This document shows, one piece after another, positions 1 through 14,797 of a stretch of 64,000 bases of DNA (positions are counted from its first letter, which is position 1; each line of letters begins with the position of its first letter). The stretch is from an uncultured Gemmatimonadales bacterium (GTDB lineage Bacteria; Gemmatimonadota; Gemmatimonadetes; Gemmatimonadales; Gemmatimonadaceae). A model generated the notes under the pieces. It made no database searches and was not told the DNA's origin. It saw only the letters and a list, made by a program, of their open reading frames with translations. The stretch spans positions 224,001-288,000 of the forward strand of contig CAWKNZ010000005.1 in NCBI GenBank assembly GCA_963851265.1, given 5' to 3'. The position numbers and the translations under genes are program-made.

Positions 1-670
1 GAGCGAGGTCGAGCGCGAGTTGCAGCGGGTCCACGGGCCGCTGCTCGCCGCAGTCGACGAGGTCGGGCGGGGCCCCCTGGCGGGCCCCGTCGTCGTTTGC
101 GCCCTCGTCATGCCCCCCGACGCGCCCGAGGTGCCGGGCGTCGACGATTCGAAGAAGCTCGCGCCGGCCGCGCGCGAGCGGGTCGCGGAGGCCGTGCGCG
201 CGGCCGCCGTCGCCTGCGCGTTAGGCGCCGCGTCCGCGCGCGAGGTGGACGCCCTCAACGTCTACCACGCCACGGCGCTCGCGATGCGTCGGGCGCTCGC
301 CGGGCTCGCGCGCCGGCTCGACGCGCGCGGGCTCGGGGCCGCGCCCGGGCACGTGCTCGTCGACGGCAAGCCGGTGCGGTCGTTGGGCGTGCCGCACACC
401 GCGGTGGTCGGCGGCGACGCGCGGTGCTACGCGGTCGCGTGCGCGTCGGTGGTCGCGAAGGTGACGCGCGACCGGCTCATGCGCGCACTCGCCGCGCGTC
501 ACGCGGCCTACGCGTGGGAGCGCAACGCCGGGTATCCGACGCCGGCGCACCGCGCCGCCCTCGGCGCGTTCGGACCCACCGCGCATCACCGGCGGAGCTT
601 TCTCCACGGCGCGTCGGGCGCGGCGGGGACGTCGGAGCTGGCGCCGCGCGGCCTGACCCGCGGCCGGTAG
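1..670 (+). CDS. rnhB: Ribonuclease HII (5' partial; frame open to the window edge)
   Basis: Motifs VDEVGRGPLAGPVV, DDSKKL, LVDG, GGDARC..VACASVVAKVTRDRLM, GYPT..H, HRRSF. Confidence 0.95.
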   Translation, partial: SEVERELQRVHGPLLAAVDEVGRGPLAGPVVVCALVMPPDAPEVPGVDDSKKLAPAARERVAEAVRAAAVACALGAASAREVDALNVYHATALAMRRALAGLARRLDARGLGAAPGHVLVDGKPVRSLGVPHTAVVGGDARCYAVACASVVAKVTRDRLMRALAARHAAYAWERNAGYPTPAHRAALGAFGPTAHHRRSFLHGASGAAGTSELAPRGLTRGR

Positions 671-893
671 CGCCGGCGCTACGCCTAACGCGTCGGGCGT
701 TAGTCCTGCTACGTCGCGCGGGCGACCGGGTGACGCGTGCCGCACGGGATGCGGCGGAGTCCGGCGTAGGACCGCCGGCGTGTGATGCGGGTCACCCGCG
801 GGCGGGTGCGCTGGCCGTAGGTTCGCGTTGTCGGTCTACGAAGTCCGGGGCATCAGAGTCCCGCGTGCGACACTCACACCGTCGAGGATTCCT

Positions 894-1520
894 ATGAAGC
901 GTTCCCTGCTCGCCGCCGCGCTCGCGTTCGGCGCCGTCTCCACCAGCGCCTGCGCCACGAAGGGCTACGTCAACCGCCAGGTCGAGGGCGCGGTGAGCGC
1001 CGAGCGACTCGCGCGGGCCAACGGGGACAGCACGAACGCCCGCGACATCGCGGCGGTGCGGGCGGACGTGCAGGGGCTGCGCGGGGACCTGCAGTCGCTG
1101 CGCACCGAGTTCGGCGCGCGTATCACGGCGATGGAGAATTCGGTGAAGTTCGACATGCCCGTACACTTCGCCTATGACAACTCGTCGGTCCGCACCGAAG
1201 ACGAGGCCGCGCTCGCGCGCTTCGCCGGCGTGGCGCAGAAGTATTACGGCGGGTCGGTGATCACGGTCGAGGGCTTCGCCGACAACGCGGGCTCGGAGCG
1301 CTACAACCTCGCGCTCTCGCAGCGCCGCGCCGACGCCGTGCGCGACTACCTCGTCAGCCACGGCCTGCAGCAGGCCCAGCTGAAGACCGTTGGCTACGGC
1401 AAGACCCGTCAGGTGCGTCCGGGCGCCGCGGGCGACGCGCCGGGCGCGGAGCTGAACCGCCGCGTCGTGTTCGTCGTCGAGGCCTCCGGCGCGTCGACCG
1501 TGACCGCGATGGCGCAGTAA
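894..1520 (+). CDS. OmpA/Pal-family peptidoglycan-binding lipoprotein with N-terminal coiled coil
   Basis: GAGGA RBS before ATG 894; lipoprotein-like signal ending STSAC; C-terminal OmpA domain (FAYDNS, VEGFAD..GSERYNLALSQRRA, GYG, NRRV). Confidence 0.9.
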   Translation: MKRSLLAAALAFGAVSTSACATKGYVNRQVEGAVSAERLARANGDSTNARDIAAVRADVQGLRGDLQSLRTEFGARITAMENSVKFDMPVHFAYDNSSVRTEDEAALARFAGVAQKYYGGSVITVEGFADNAGSERYNLALSQRRADAVRDYLVSHGLQQAQLKTVGYGKTRQVRPGAAGDAPGAELNRRVVFVVEASGASTVTAMAQ

Positions 1521-1540
1521 GTAGCAAGCTGTCGCCCATA

Positions 1541-1570
1541 GCGCCGGGACCGCGATCGCGGTCCCGGCGC
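1541..1570. terminator. Perfect 30-bp palindrome downstream of the OmpA gene; probable terminator hairpin
   Basis: GCGCCGGGACCGCGA|TCGCGGTCCCGGCGC; no clear U-tract. Confidence 0.55.
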
Positions 1571-1621
1571 GCGACTTGAAGGGGTGGGGAAGGGTACCCA
1601 GTGGGCGCTACCTTCTCCGCC

Positions 1622-3775
1622 ATGACAGATCTTCCTGCCAGCGCGCCGCCCGCGGGCGCCGTCCCCGACCGCCGCCGCGCGCGACCGGCGGCCGCGGCGA
1701 CCACGTTCCCGCCGATCATCGTCGATGCCGTGACCCCCGCCGTGGACGGCGGCCGGTTCGCGGTCAAGCGCCTCCTCGGCGACACCATCACCGTCGAGGC
1801 CAACGCGTTCAAGGACGGCCACGACAAGCTGCGCGCCCGCGTGCGCTACCGCGGGCCGACCGGCGCGTCGGGCGAACCCGGCGAGTGGCGCACGGCGCCG
1901 ATGCGTTACGACGACGCGACCGACCGGTGGGTCGGGGCGTTCACCGTGGACGCGATCGGGACGTGGACGTACACGGTCGAGGCGTGGACCGACACCTTCG
2001 AGACCTGGCGTTCGGGACTCGGCAAGAAGTACGAGGCGGGGCAGGACGTCTCGGTCGAACTGATCGAAGGCAGCCGGATGATCGACGCGGCCGCGCGCCG
2101 CACCCGCTTCGGCGCGGGCCGCCGCGCGCTCGAAACCGCGGCCCGTGCCCTCGGTGACACCGCGCAGAGTGCCGACGAGCGCGTACGTGCCGCGCTCGCC
2201 CCCGAGCTGCGCGCCGTGATGGCCGAACACGCGCCGCCGTCGGACCTCACCGCGTACGCGCGCGAGCTACCGCTGCTTGTCGAGCGCCGGCGCGCGGGAT
2301 TCGCGGCGTGGTACGAGTTCTTCCCGCGTTCCGCGACCGACGACCCGGCCGTCCACGGCACGTTCCAGCAGGCCGAAGCGATGCTGCCGCGCATCGCCGC
2401 GCTCGGCTTCGACGTGGTCTACCTGCCGCCCGTCCACCCCATCGGCGTCACGTTCCGCAAGGGCAAGAACAACTCGCTCGAGGCCGGGCCCGACGACGTG
2501 GGCAGCCCGTGGGCGATCGGCGGCGAGGCGGGCGGGCACACCGCCGTGCACCCGCAGTTAGGCACCATCGAGGACTTCGACCGCTTCGTCGCGCGCGCCG
2601 CCGAGCTCGGCCTCGAGGTCGCGCTCGACTACGCGCTGCAGTGCTCGCCCGACCACCCCTGGGTGAAGGAGCACCCAGACTGGTTCCGCGCCCGCGCCGA
2701 CGGGTCCATCGCCTACGCCGAGAACCCGCCGAAGAAGTACCAGGACATCTACCCGCTCGACTTCTGGACGGCCGACCGCGAGGCGCTGTGGAACGCGTGC
2801 CGCGACGCCCTGCTGTTCTGGGCGGAGCACGGCGTGCGCACGTTCCGCGTCGACAACCCGCACACGAAACCGTTCGCGTTCTGGGAGTGGGTGATGGCCG
2901 AGGTGCGGCGCACGTACCCGGACGTGGTGTTCCTGGCCGAGGCGTTCACGCGGCCCAACAAGATGCTGCACCTCGCCAAGGCGGGCTTCTCGCAGTCGTA
3001 CACGTATTTCACGTGGAAGACCGAGAAGTGGCAGATCGAGCAGTGGCTGGCGGAGTTCCTGTCACCCGCGGTGACCGAGTACCACCGCGGGAATCTGTTT
3101 CCCAACACCCCGGACATCCTGCACGAGTCGCTCGTCGCGGGCGGCCGGCCGATGTTCCGGCAGCGTCTCGTCCTCGCCGGCACGCTGAGCCCCGTGTGGG
3201 GGATGTACAGCGGTTTCGAGCTGTGCGAGAACGTGCCCGTGCGCCCGGGCAGTGAGGAGTACCTCGACAGCGAGAAGTACCAGATTCGCGTGCGCGACTA
3301 CGCGCAGCCCGGCAACCTCGACGCCGACGTCCTGCGCATCAACCGCATCCGGCACGCCGAGCCCGCACTGCAGCGGCAGGACAACCTCACCTTCCACCCC
3401 ATCAGCGACGACCGGATGCTGTTCTTCCGGAAGGCCGGGCGTGAGGGAATCGAGGCCGACCTCCTCGTCGCGGTGAACCTCGACCCGCACGCGGTGCGCT
3501 ACGCGTGGGTGGAGGTGCCGATCGCCGCGATGAACATCGGGCCCGACGAGTCGTACGAAGTGGAGGACCTGCTCACGGGCGCGCGCTACACGTGGCGCGG
3601 CGCGCACAATTTCGTGCGGCTCAACCCGTGGCACGAGCCGGCGCACGTGCTGCGAGTGGCGCCGCGCGCGCCGCGGTACCGGCCGCCCGCGCCCGGGCTC
3701 GACACGGACGCACACGGGCAGCCCGTCCCGGACCCGTCGCCCACGGCGGCGGTCGGGTCGACGCCGGCCGCTTGA
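1622..3775 (+). CDS. glgE: Alpha-1,4-glucan:maltose-1-phosphate maltosyltransferase GlgE
   Basis: WYEFFPRS, YLPPVHPIG, RKGKNNSL, GSPWAIG, ENPPKKYQDIYP, FRVDNPHTKP, FLAEAFTRP, EEYLDSEKY. Confidence 0.95.
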   Translation: MTDLPASAPPAGAVPDRRRARPAAAATTFPPIIVDAVTPAVDGGRFAVKRLLGDTITVEANAFKDGHDKLRARVRYRGPTGASGEPGEWRTAPMRYDDATDRWVGAFTVDAIGTWTYTVEAWTDTFETWRSGLGKKYEAGQDVSVELIEGSRMIDAAARRTRFGAGRRALETAARALGDTAQSADERVRAALAPELRAVMAEHAPPSDLTAYARELPLLVERRRAGFAAWYEFFPRSATDDPAVHGTFQQAEAMLPRIAALGFDVVYLPPVHPIGVTFRKGKNNSLEAGPDDVGSPWAIGGEAGGHTAVHPQLGTIEDFDRFVARAAELGLEVALDYALQCSPDHPWVKEHPDWFRARADGSIAYAENPPKKYQDIYPLDFWTADREALWNACRDALLFWAEHGVRTFRVDNPHTKPFAFWEWVMAEVRRTYPDVVFLAEAFTRPNKMLHLAKAGFSQSYTYFTWKTEKWQIEQWLAEFLSPAVTEYHRGNLFPNTPDILHESLVAGGRPMFRQRLVLAGTLSPVWGMYSGFELCENVPVRPGSEEYLDSEKYQIRVRDYAQPGNLDADVLRINRIRHAEPALQRQDNLTFHPISDDRMLFFRKAGREGIEADLLVAVNLDPHAVRYAWVEVPIAAMNIGPDESYEVEDLLTGARYTWRGAHNFVRLNPWHEPAHVLRVAPRAPRYRPPAPGLDTDAHGQPVPDPSPTAAVGSTPAA

Positions 3776-3810
3776 CCTCGGGGGGTGACCTCGGGGGTTT
3801 GACCTCGGGG
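3773..3810 (+). repeat. Three direct copies of TGACCTCGGGG (3773, 3786, 3800)
   Basis: Read directly from the sequence; the first copy begins at the glgE stop codon. Confidence 0.85.
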
Positions 3811-3880
3811 TGAGCACCGCGCGGCCCCCGACCGCACCGCGCACGCCTTCGTTGCTCCACGACGTCCCGCACTGCCAGAC

Positions 3881-5607
<1,727 letters not shown>

Positions 5608-5611
<4 letters not shown>

Positions 5612-7254
5612 GCTTCTGGCGCCGAACGCCGGCCAGCGGCGAAGCGGCCGAGGACCCGCGCCCGGACGTGACGCCCTACGGCGCACGGCGCGGTGCGCCG
5701 GGTGCGCGGCCGCCGGGAGCGCCCTGGAGCGCGGGACTGCCTGGGCGCAGTGGCGTGCTGAACGAAGCCGCCGTCGCGGCCTACGTCGCGCGCCAGCGGT
5801 GGGCGGGCGCGAGGGGCGCGCGGTTGGCCGACGTGCGCATCGAAACGTTGATCCCGCTCGACGACGTGCCCGCGTTCGCCGCCGCGCGCCCCGCCGCGGT
5901 GGCTGTGGTCACGGCCACGCTCGGCGACACACCGGTGCGCTACCAGCTTCCGCTCGCGAGTCGCGGCGTGTCGGGAGCCGGCGACGCGGCGGGCGCCGCG
6001 GTCGAGGGTGACGTGATCTGCTACGCCGGGCAGACGCCGCGTGCGGTCGTCGACGGCGCGCACGACGCGGCGTTCCGCGCCGCGCTTCTCGCCGCGTGCG
6101 CGGCCGGCGCCGCGACCGAGGCGACCGACGACCACGGCCACGCGCCGCGATGGGTGGCGACCCGCGTGCGGCCGGGTGGCGCGCTCGCCGGCTCCGACGC
6201 GTGGCTCGACGACGCAACGGAGGTGGCCGCGGCCGGCGCTGCCGGACGCGTCGGATCGGCGGAGCAGAGCAACACCTCGGTCCTTTACGGGGGACGTGCG
6301 ATCCTCAAGCTGTTCCGGCGACTCGAACGCGGTGCGCACCCCGACGTCGAGATCGGCGCGTTCCTGGCCGAACGTGGATTCCCGCACGTGCCGGCGCTGC
6401 TCGGCACGATCGCGCTCCGCGACGCGGACGGGGAGAGCGTCGCGGGGATGTTGCAGGCGCTGGTGCCTGGGGCGGAGGACGCGTGGGCGCACGCCGTACG
6501 CGCGGCCGCGGACGCGCTCGCCGGACGCGGCGCGCTGACGGCGTACGCGGAAGAGGCGGGGCGGTTGGGGGCGGTCACGCGTGCGCTGCACGACGCGCTC
6601 GCGAGCGACCCCGCGCAGCCCGATTTCGCGCCGGAGCCGGCGCAGATGGGCGACGTGCGGCGGTGGGCGCAGGGCGCGCACGCGGCCTACGACGCGATGC
6701 GGGTGGCCGCCGAGTCGGGGGGCACGGCCCTTCCGGACGCGGTGCGAGACCGCGCGGGCACGCTCGAGCGGGTGGACGCGATCGCGGCGGCCGCCGCGGA
6801 CGACGCCGGCGCTGCCATCCGTCACCACGGCGACTACCACCTCGGGCAGGTGCTCCGCGCGGCGGACGGAACGCTGTTCGTCGTGGATTTCGAGGGCGAG
6901 CCGGCGCGGCCGCTCGTGGAACGGCGGCGCAAGCACTCGCCGTTGCGCGACGTCGCCGGGATGCTTCGGTCGTTCGCGTACGCGGCCGCGTTCGCTGCGC
7001 GAGAGGCGGGCGGCACGGCGTCGAGCGAACAGGCGGACGCTTGGGAACGCGCGGCGCGCGCCGCGTACCTCGGCGCATACTTCGCGCCCGGTGCGGCGTC
7101 GTACCTGCCGCGCACGCGCGCGGCTGCGGACGCCCTCGTCGCGCTGTTCGAGACCGAGAAGCTGTTCTACGAGCTGCGCTACGAGCTGAACAACCGCCCC
7201 GATTGGGTGGACATTCCGCTCCGCGGACTCACGCGTGGCGACGGGTGGGGCTGA
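5608..7254 (+). CDS. mak: Maltokinase (Mak/Pep2 family)
   Basis: [64 protein letters not shown] overlap with treS. Confidence 0.88.
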
Positions 7255-7490
7255 GCAGGGGCGCTGGGCGCGGGCGGCGTGCGCAGCGCCGGGGCTGCGG
7301 CCCGGCGCGGACGGTGCAATAGGTTCCGCTCGCGCGGCGGCCGTCTCACGGCCGCCGACGCGTCACGTCCCCGCTCGCTTCGACCTCTCGTGCTCCTGCT
7401 CGTCGCGCGTTCGCTCGTCCTCACCGCCCCGCCGGTCGGCAGGGTCCTGGCCTTCTCTGCCGCGCCGGCTGTATCGGGCGCCCGCTTCTG

Positions 7491-10057
7491 ATGCGCGTCT
7501 GGCCCGGTCAACCGTACCCGCTCGGCGCCTCGTGGGACGGCGGCGGCGTCAACTTCGCGCTCTTCTCGGAGAACGCCACGGGCGTCGACCTCTGCCTGTT
7601 CGACGCGCCCGACGACGCGCGCGAGCGGCTGCGGATCCCGCTGCGCGAGCGCAGCGATCAGGTGTGGCACTGCTACCTCCCCGACGTGCGCCCGGGGCAG
7701 CTCTACGGCTACCGCGTGCACGGGCCGTACGCGCCCAAGCACGGCCACCGCTTCAACCCGGCCAAGCTGCTCATCGACCCGTACACCAAGGCGGTGAGCA
7801 ACAGCATCCGCTGGAGCGACGCGCTGTTCGCGTACCAGGTGGGGAGCCCGCGCGAGGACCTCACGCTGAATCGCGACGAGGAGACGTCTGGGGCGGTGAA
7901 GTGCGTGGTCATCGACGACGCGTTCACCTGGGGGGACGACCGGCCGCCGCGCACGCCGTGGAACCGCACGGTGATCTACGAGGCGCACGTGAAGGGGATG
8001 ACCGTCGCGCACCCGGAGCTCGACCCCAAGGTCCGCGGCACGTACCTCGGGCTCTGTACCGACCCGATCCTCGACCACCTGCAATCGTTAGGCGTGACCG
8101 CGCTGGAGCTGCTCCCCGTGCACCACGCCGTGGTCGACCGGCAGCTGGCCGACAAGGGGCTGACCAACTACTGGGGCTACAACTCGATCGCCTTCCTCGC
8201 CCCCGACATCCGCTACGCCAGCGAGGGCGCGACGCGCGGGCAGCAGGTGTACGAGTTCAAGACGATGGTGAAGAAGCTGCACGCGGCGGGGATCGAGGTG
8301 ATCCTCGACGTCGTGTACAACCACACCGGCGAGGGAAACCACCTCGGGCCGACGCTCTCGCTGCGCGGGGTCGACAACAAGGCGTACTACCGCCTCGTGC
8401 CGGGGGACGAGCGGTACTACATGGACTTCACCGGGACGGGCAACTCGCTCAACATGATGCACCCGCGGACGATCCAGCTGATCATGGATTCGCTCCGCTA
8501 CTGGGTGACCGAGATGCACGTGGACGGTTTCCGGTTCGACCTGGCGCCGGTGCTCGCGCGCGAGCTGTTCGAGGTGAACCGGCTGTCGGCGTTCTTCGAC
8601 ATCATCCACCAGGACCCGATCCTGAGCCGGGTGAAGTTGATCGCCGAGCCGTGGGACGTCGGGCCCGGCGGCTACCAGGCCGGCAACTTCCCCGTCGGGT
8701 GGGCGGAGTGGAACGGGCAGTACCGCGACTGCGTGCGGCGCTTCTGGCGCGGCGACCAGGGCGTGGTGCCCGAACTGGCGAGCCGGCTGTCGGGGTCGAG
8801 CGACGTGTACGCGTGGAGCGACCGCGCCGCGTACGCGAGCGTCAACTTCGTGACTGCGCACGACGGCTACACGCTGCGCGACCTCGTCAGCTACGAGCGC
8901 AAGCACAACGAGGCGAACGGCGAGGGCAACCGCGACGGGCACGACGACAACCTCTCGCGCAACTGGGGGCAGGAGGGCGAGACCGACGACGCCGCGGTGA
9001 ACGCGCGGCGGCGGCGCGCGATGCGGAACTTCATCGCCACGCTCGCCTTCTCGCAGGGCGTGCCGATGTTGTCGCACGGCGACGAAGTCGCGCGCACGCA
9101 GCGCGGCAACAACAACGCGTACGCGCAGGACAACGCCCTGTCGTGGGTCGACTGGGACCTGGCGCCGTGGCAGGACGAGCTGCGCGAGTTCACGCAGCGG
9201 GTGATCGCCATCCGCCACGCGAACCCGGTGCTGCGGCGGCGCAGCTTCTTCCGCGGCCGCCCGATCGGCGCGGCCGGGGCGAAGGACCTCGCGTGGGTGC
9301 GCCCGGACGGGGCCGAGATGACGCAGGGCGACTGGAACGACCGGACGCGCCGCGTGCTCGGGATGCTCATCAACGGCGATGCGGCGGACGAGACCGACGA
9401 CCGCGGTCGCCCGGTTAAGGGGGACACGATGCTGCTCGTGCTCAACGGCGGGTTCGACCCGGTGGAGTTCACCCTTCCCGTGGTGGCCGGCGCGGACGCC
9501 GCACACGGCGATCACCAGAACGGCGACCACCAGAACGGCGCCCACGAGCCCGGGTCGTGGGCGACGCTCATCGACACGGCGCACGACGGGTCGCGCGGCG
9601 AGGCGCAGGGCGCGTCGGTGCACGTGGACGGCTTCTCGCTCGTGCTCCTGCGCTACGGGCTCGAGCGGCGCCTCGCGCTCTCGGACCCGGCCGAGGCGGC
9701 GCTCGTCAACACGCTGGCGGTCAGCGGCCGCGGCGCGTTCACCGGCGGTTCGGGCCCGACGCGCGACGTCGACCCCGCGAGTCCCGAGGCGCACGAGCCG
9801 CGCGATCCGGCGTCGGCGGGCGTGCCGACCCCGATTCCTGCCGTCCCGCTCGCGGCGCAGGCGACCACTACCGGGCCGAAGAAGCCGTCGGAGTACGTTC
9901 CACCCGAGGCGCGCTCCGAAGACCCGGACGATGAGACGACGACGGCGTCCGGGGACGGGGCGGTCGAGGGCGCGGCGACCGCGCCGGACGCCCCCGCACC
10001 CCGGGCGTCCGCAGCAGACGCGGCCGCGCCGGATGCGCGGGACGCCGAGGGCGCGTC

Positions 10058-10061
<4 letters not shown>
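7491..10061 (+). CDS. glgX: Glycogen debranching enzyme GlgX/TreX with long disordered C-tail
   Basis: PGQPYPLGA, NPAKLLIDPY, NYWGYN, DVVYNHTGEG, VDGFRFDLA, AEPWD, NFVTAHDG. Confidence 0.95.
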
Positions 10062-12533
<2,472 letters not shown>

Positions 12534-12541
<8 letters not shown>

Positions 12542-14756
12542 GGCGCTCTCGCTGCGCGCGCTGGCCGCGTACGTCGGCGTGCTGCCGGGGTACACGGCGA
12601 TGGACGGTGAGTACCGCGCGGCGTCGGACGCCGCGCGCGAGCGGATCCTCGCCGCACTGGGGCACGACGCGCACGATGCGCCGGCCGCGCGCGGCACCCT
12701 GCGGATGCTGTTGGCCGACGCGCGCGCGCGTCCGATCGCGGAGTCGCGAGTGGTGGTCGCGGGCGCGGAGGCGCGCGCCGTGCGCGTGCGCCTCGAGGCC
12801 GCGCCGTGCGACCTCGTCGACTGGACGCTCGCGCTCACGCTCGAAGACGGGAGCACGCACGAGGCCGCGGGCCGCGCGCCGGTCGAGGCGCGCGGCCCGC
12901 GCGCGGGCGTGGTCGCGCTCGACCTGCCCGTGGACCCGCCACTCGGCTACCACACGCTGCGCGTCACGGTGGACGGCGCGGGCGAGCGGCGCGAGGCGGC
13001 GCAGCACCTGATCGTCGTCCCGCCGCGCTGCGCGTCGCCGGCGGCGGTGCTCCGCGGCGAGCGCGTGGCCGGGGTCACCGCCAGCCTCTACGCCGTGCGG
13101 AGCGCGCGCAACTGGGGCGCGGGCGACCTCACCGACCTCGGCGCGCTCGTCGGCCTCACCGCGGACCACGGCGGCGCGTTCGTCGGCGTGAACCCGCTCC
13201 ACGCGCTCCGCACGTCCGGCCACGAGCCGAGCCCGTACGGGCCCGTGAGCCGCGTCTTCCGGCACCTCCTCTACCTCGACGTCGACGCCGTGCCCGAACT
13301 GGCGCACGACGCCGACGCGCGCGCGCTCCGCGGCGACCCGGCGCTGGCCGAGACGTTAGGCACGCTCCGCGCGGCCGACCGGGTGGACCACTCGGCGGTC
13401 CTCGCCGCGAAGCGGCCGGTGCTCGAGGCGCTCCACCGCGCGTTCCGCCGGCTGCCGGCGAGCGCCCCCCGCCGGCGCGCCTACGACGCGTACGCGGCGG
13501 AGCAGGGCGACGCGCTCGACCGATACGCGACTTTCCAGGCGCTCGACGAGGACTTCCGCGGGGAAGGCCTCGGGTGGTGGCCGGAGTGGCCGGCCGAGCT
13601 GCAAAACGCGGCGGGTGACGCGGTGCGGGCGCTCGCGGCGGAGCACGCCGAGGCGGTCGACTTCCACCGCTGGGTGCAGTTCGAGCTCGACGCGCAGCTC
13701 GGCGCGGCCGCGGCGCGCGCGCGCGGGCGCGGGCTGCCGGTCGGATTGTACCAGGACCTCGCGGTCGGCGTCTCGCCCGCCGGGGGCGACGTCTGGGGGG
13801 AACGCGCGCTCTTCGTCACCGGCGTGTCGCTCGGCGCGCCCCCCGACGCGTTAGGCCCGGACGGGCAGAACTGGGGCCTGCCGCCGATGAACCCGCGCCG
13901 GCTCGCGAGCGGCGGCTACGCGCCGTGGGTGCGGCTCGTGCGCAGCGCCATGCGCCATGCGGGCGCGCTGCGCATCGACCACGCGATCGGGATCTTCCGC
14001 CAGTTCTGGATCCCGGAGGGGAGTACGGGGCGTGACGGCGCGTACATGCGCATGCCCGCCGACGATCTGTTGGGCATCCTCGCGCTCGAGAGCGTGCGCG
14101 CGAACGGCGGCGCGGGCGCCCTGGTCGTCGGCGAGGACCTCGGCACGGTGCCTCCCGAGGTGGCGCCCGGGCTCGCGCGGTGGGGCGTGCTGTCGAGCAA
14201 GGTGCTGTACTTCGAACGCGGCGAGCACGGCACGTTCACTCCGCCGCGCACCTACGCGCGCACCGCGCTCGCGACCGTCAACACGCACGACCTCGCGACG
14301 CTCGCGGGGTGGTGGGCCGGGCGCGACGTGTCGCTCCGGCGCGAACTCGAGCTGGCGACCGACGAGGAAACCGAAGTCGCGCGCGGGGACCGGGCGCGCG
14401 AGCGGGCGCAGCTCGTGCGGCTTCTCGTCGGCGAGGGTGTCCTGGACCCGGCGGCGGTCGAGGGCGCGGAGCACGGCGAGATCCCGGACGCGCTCGAGGC
14501 GGAGGCGCTCGACGACCTGGTGCTCCGCTCGGCGGTGCACGCGGCGCTGCGGCGCGCGCCGAGCTGGATGGTCGGGCTCGCGCTCGAGGACCTCGTCGGC
14601 GAGACGGAGCCGGTGAACCTGCCCGGGGTGGGACCGGACAAGTTCTCGAGCTGGACGCGGCGGCTGCGGATGCCGTTGGAGGCGGCCGCGACCGATCCGG
14701 GGGTGGCGCGGGCGTTCGGAGTGGAGCGGGTCTGGACCGTCCCTCCCCACGCCTGA
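12534..14756 (+). CDS. malQ: 4-alpha-glucanotransferase (amylomaltase, GH77)
   Basis: LYAVRS..NWGAGD, VNPLH, PSPY.P.SR, LYQDLAVG, GAPPD...GQNWG, ALRIDH, GEDLG, THDL, NLPG; ATG 12534 overlaps the glgB end. Confidence 0.93.
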
Positions 14757-14797
14757 CCGTTCGCCGTCGACGTCCCGAGCACGCGTGCGGTGCTGGA

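Noticed and set aside
3773..3812. Possible mini-CRISPR array
   Set aside because: Repeats are 11 bp with 2-3-bp gaps; no spacers and no cas genes.
7279..7491. 70-aa ORF overlapping the glgX start
   Set aside because: Atypical codon usage and no recognisable features; probably intergenic sequence.
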